A stretch of DNA of 63,509 nucleotides, counting the filler, from Octopus bimaculoides (lineage: Eukaryota): NCBI RefSeq assembly GCF_001194135.2. It is 6 parts of 5 records of this genome, joined end to end, with 100 filler letters (N's around TTAATTAATTAA, not from the genome) between each part and the next. Parts side by side here need not be neighbours in the genome. Positions count along the whole stretch, not along the records: positions 57,952 to 63,509 come from NC_068984.1; 5 more parts are not named here. The stretch is one strand, 5' to 3'. The notes beneath the pieces are model-generated. The model saw only the letters and a list, made by a program, of their open reading frames with translations, was not told the origin of the DNA and did no database searches. Shown in pieces: positions 62,822-63,509 of this stretch (its first letter is position 1; each line of letters opens with the position of its first letter). The position numbers and the translations under genes are program-made.

Positions 62822-63333
62822 GCACACATATATATATATATAACGTCAGTGTTTACATCACAATTCTCCATAGGCGCTCCCATACAGTCAAACATAAATA
62901 TGTCAACGAGTTAAAATACTTTAAAATATTCCACACCATCTTCCATTATATATCTTACTCATCATTTATATCATTAAAACCTTTCATGCCAAGAATAATA
63001 TATCATTCGCTTTTTTTCCCGTTAACTATCAAGATTTTCGTTTAGAAAATCCATTACAAAATAGAAAGTATCCTAGTTTTGTCCGTTCGTTGGTCTATCA
63101 TGCAATACAGTATTAAGTATTTGTATTGCTTTGATCTGTTGCGTGAACAGATGACTACTGATGTCTTTCATAAGAACATTTGTTTATATGAGAAAGTTGA
63201 CGATTAATGTGTATTGCTTCAACATAAATGCCTTATGCCCAGCACCGTGTATCATCGAAATTTCATAGACGCATAAGTATATTGGGTGAGATAGAGAAAC
63301 ACTCACGTGATACATACGTACATATATATTTAT

Positions 63334-63400
<67 letters not shown>

Positions 63401-63505
63401 CGAGGTCTGTATGAAAAATGTTGAACCTTCAAACCCTTTGAGCCTTGGAGTCGTGTGCCATGTTTTGTTTTTTTGAGGCTCAAGACTTTTCATACACACT
63501 TTGTG
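63401..63505. mobile_element. Very short mariner-like MITE
   Basis: TA-cgaggtctgtatgaaaa at left; cttttcatacacact at right (reverse complement agtgtgtatgaaaag). Confidence 0.45.
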
Positions 63506-63509
63506 TATA

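Overview
AT-rich, microsatellite-saturated, gapped eukaryotic scaffold segment. The SINE families and repeat landscape suggest a coleoid cephalopod, probably Octopus; this is inference, not a database result. No intact protein-coding gene is evident: almost every entry in the ORF track is a microsatellite read-through, an N-gap artefact or a decayed transposon fragment. Recognisable content: Penelope-like relics (RT + GIY-YIG), two R4/Dong-like RLE fragments next to (AAT)n tracts, three RTE/BovB-like LINE relics, a ~3.7 kb Tx1/L1-like element lacking most of its RT, Tc1/mariner relics and MITEs, a Helitron-like element with a 125-bp tandem array, and about 20 tRNA-derived SINE copies of at least three families. 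Most interesting unexplained signals: (i) several decayed minimal-hammerhead-like motifs, two of them as back-to-back inverted pairs in unrelated short elements; (ii) a phase-consistent chain of small candidate exons (11.5-26 kb, + strand) invisible to the ORF track; (iii) repeated association of retroelements with (AAT)n tracts; (iv) several fold-back (dsRNA-capable) structures. Five N44-TTAATTAATTAA-N44 blocks are scaffolding linkers, so long-range contiguity is not guaranteed.
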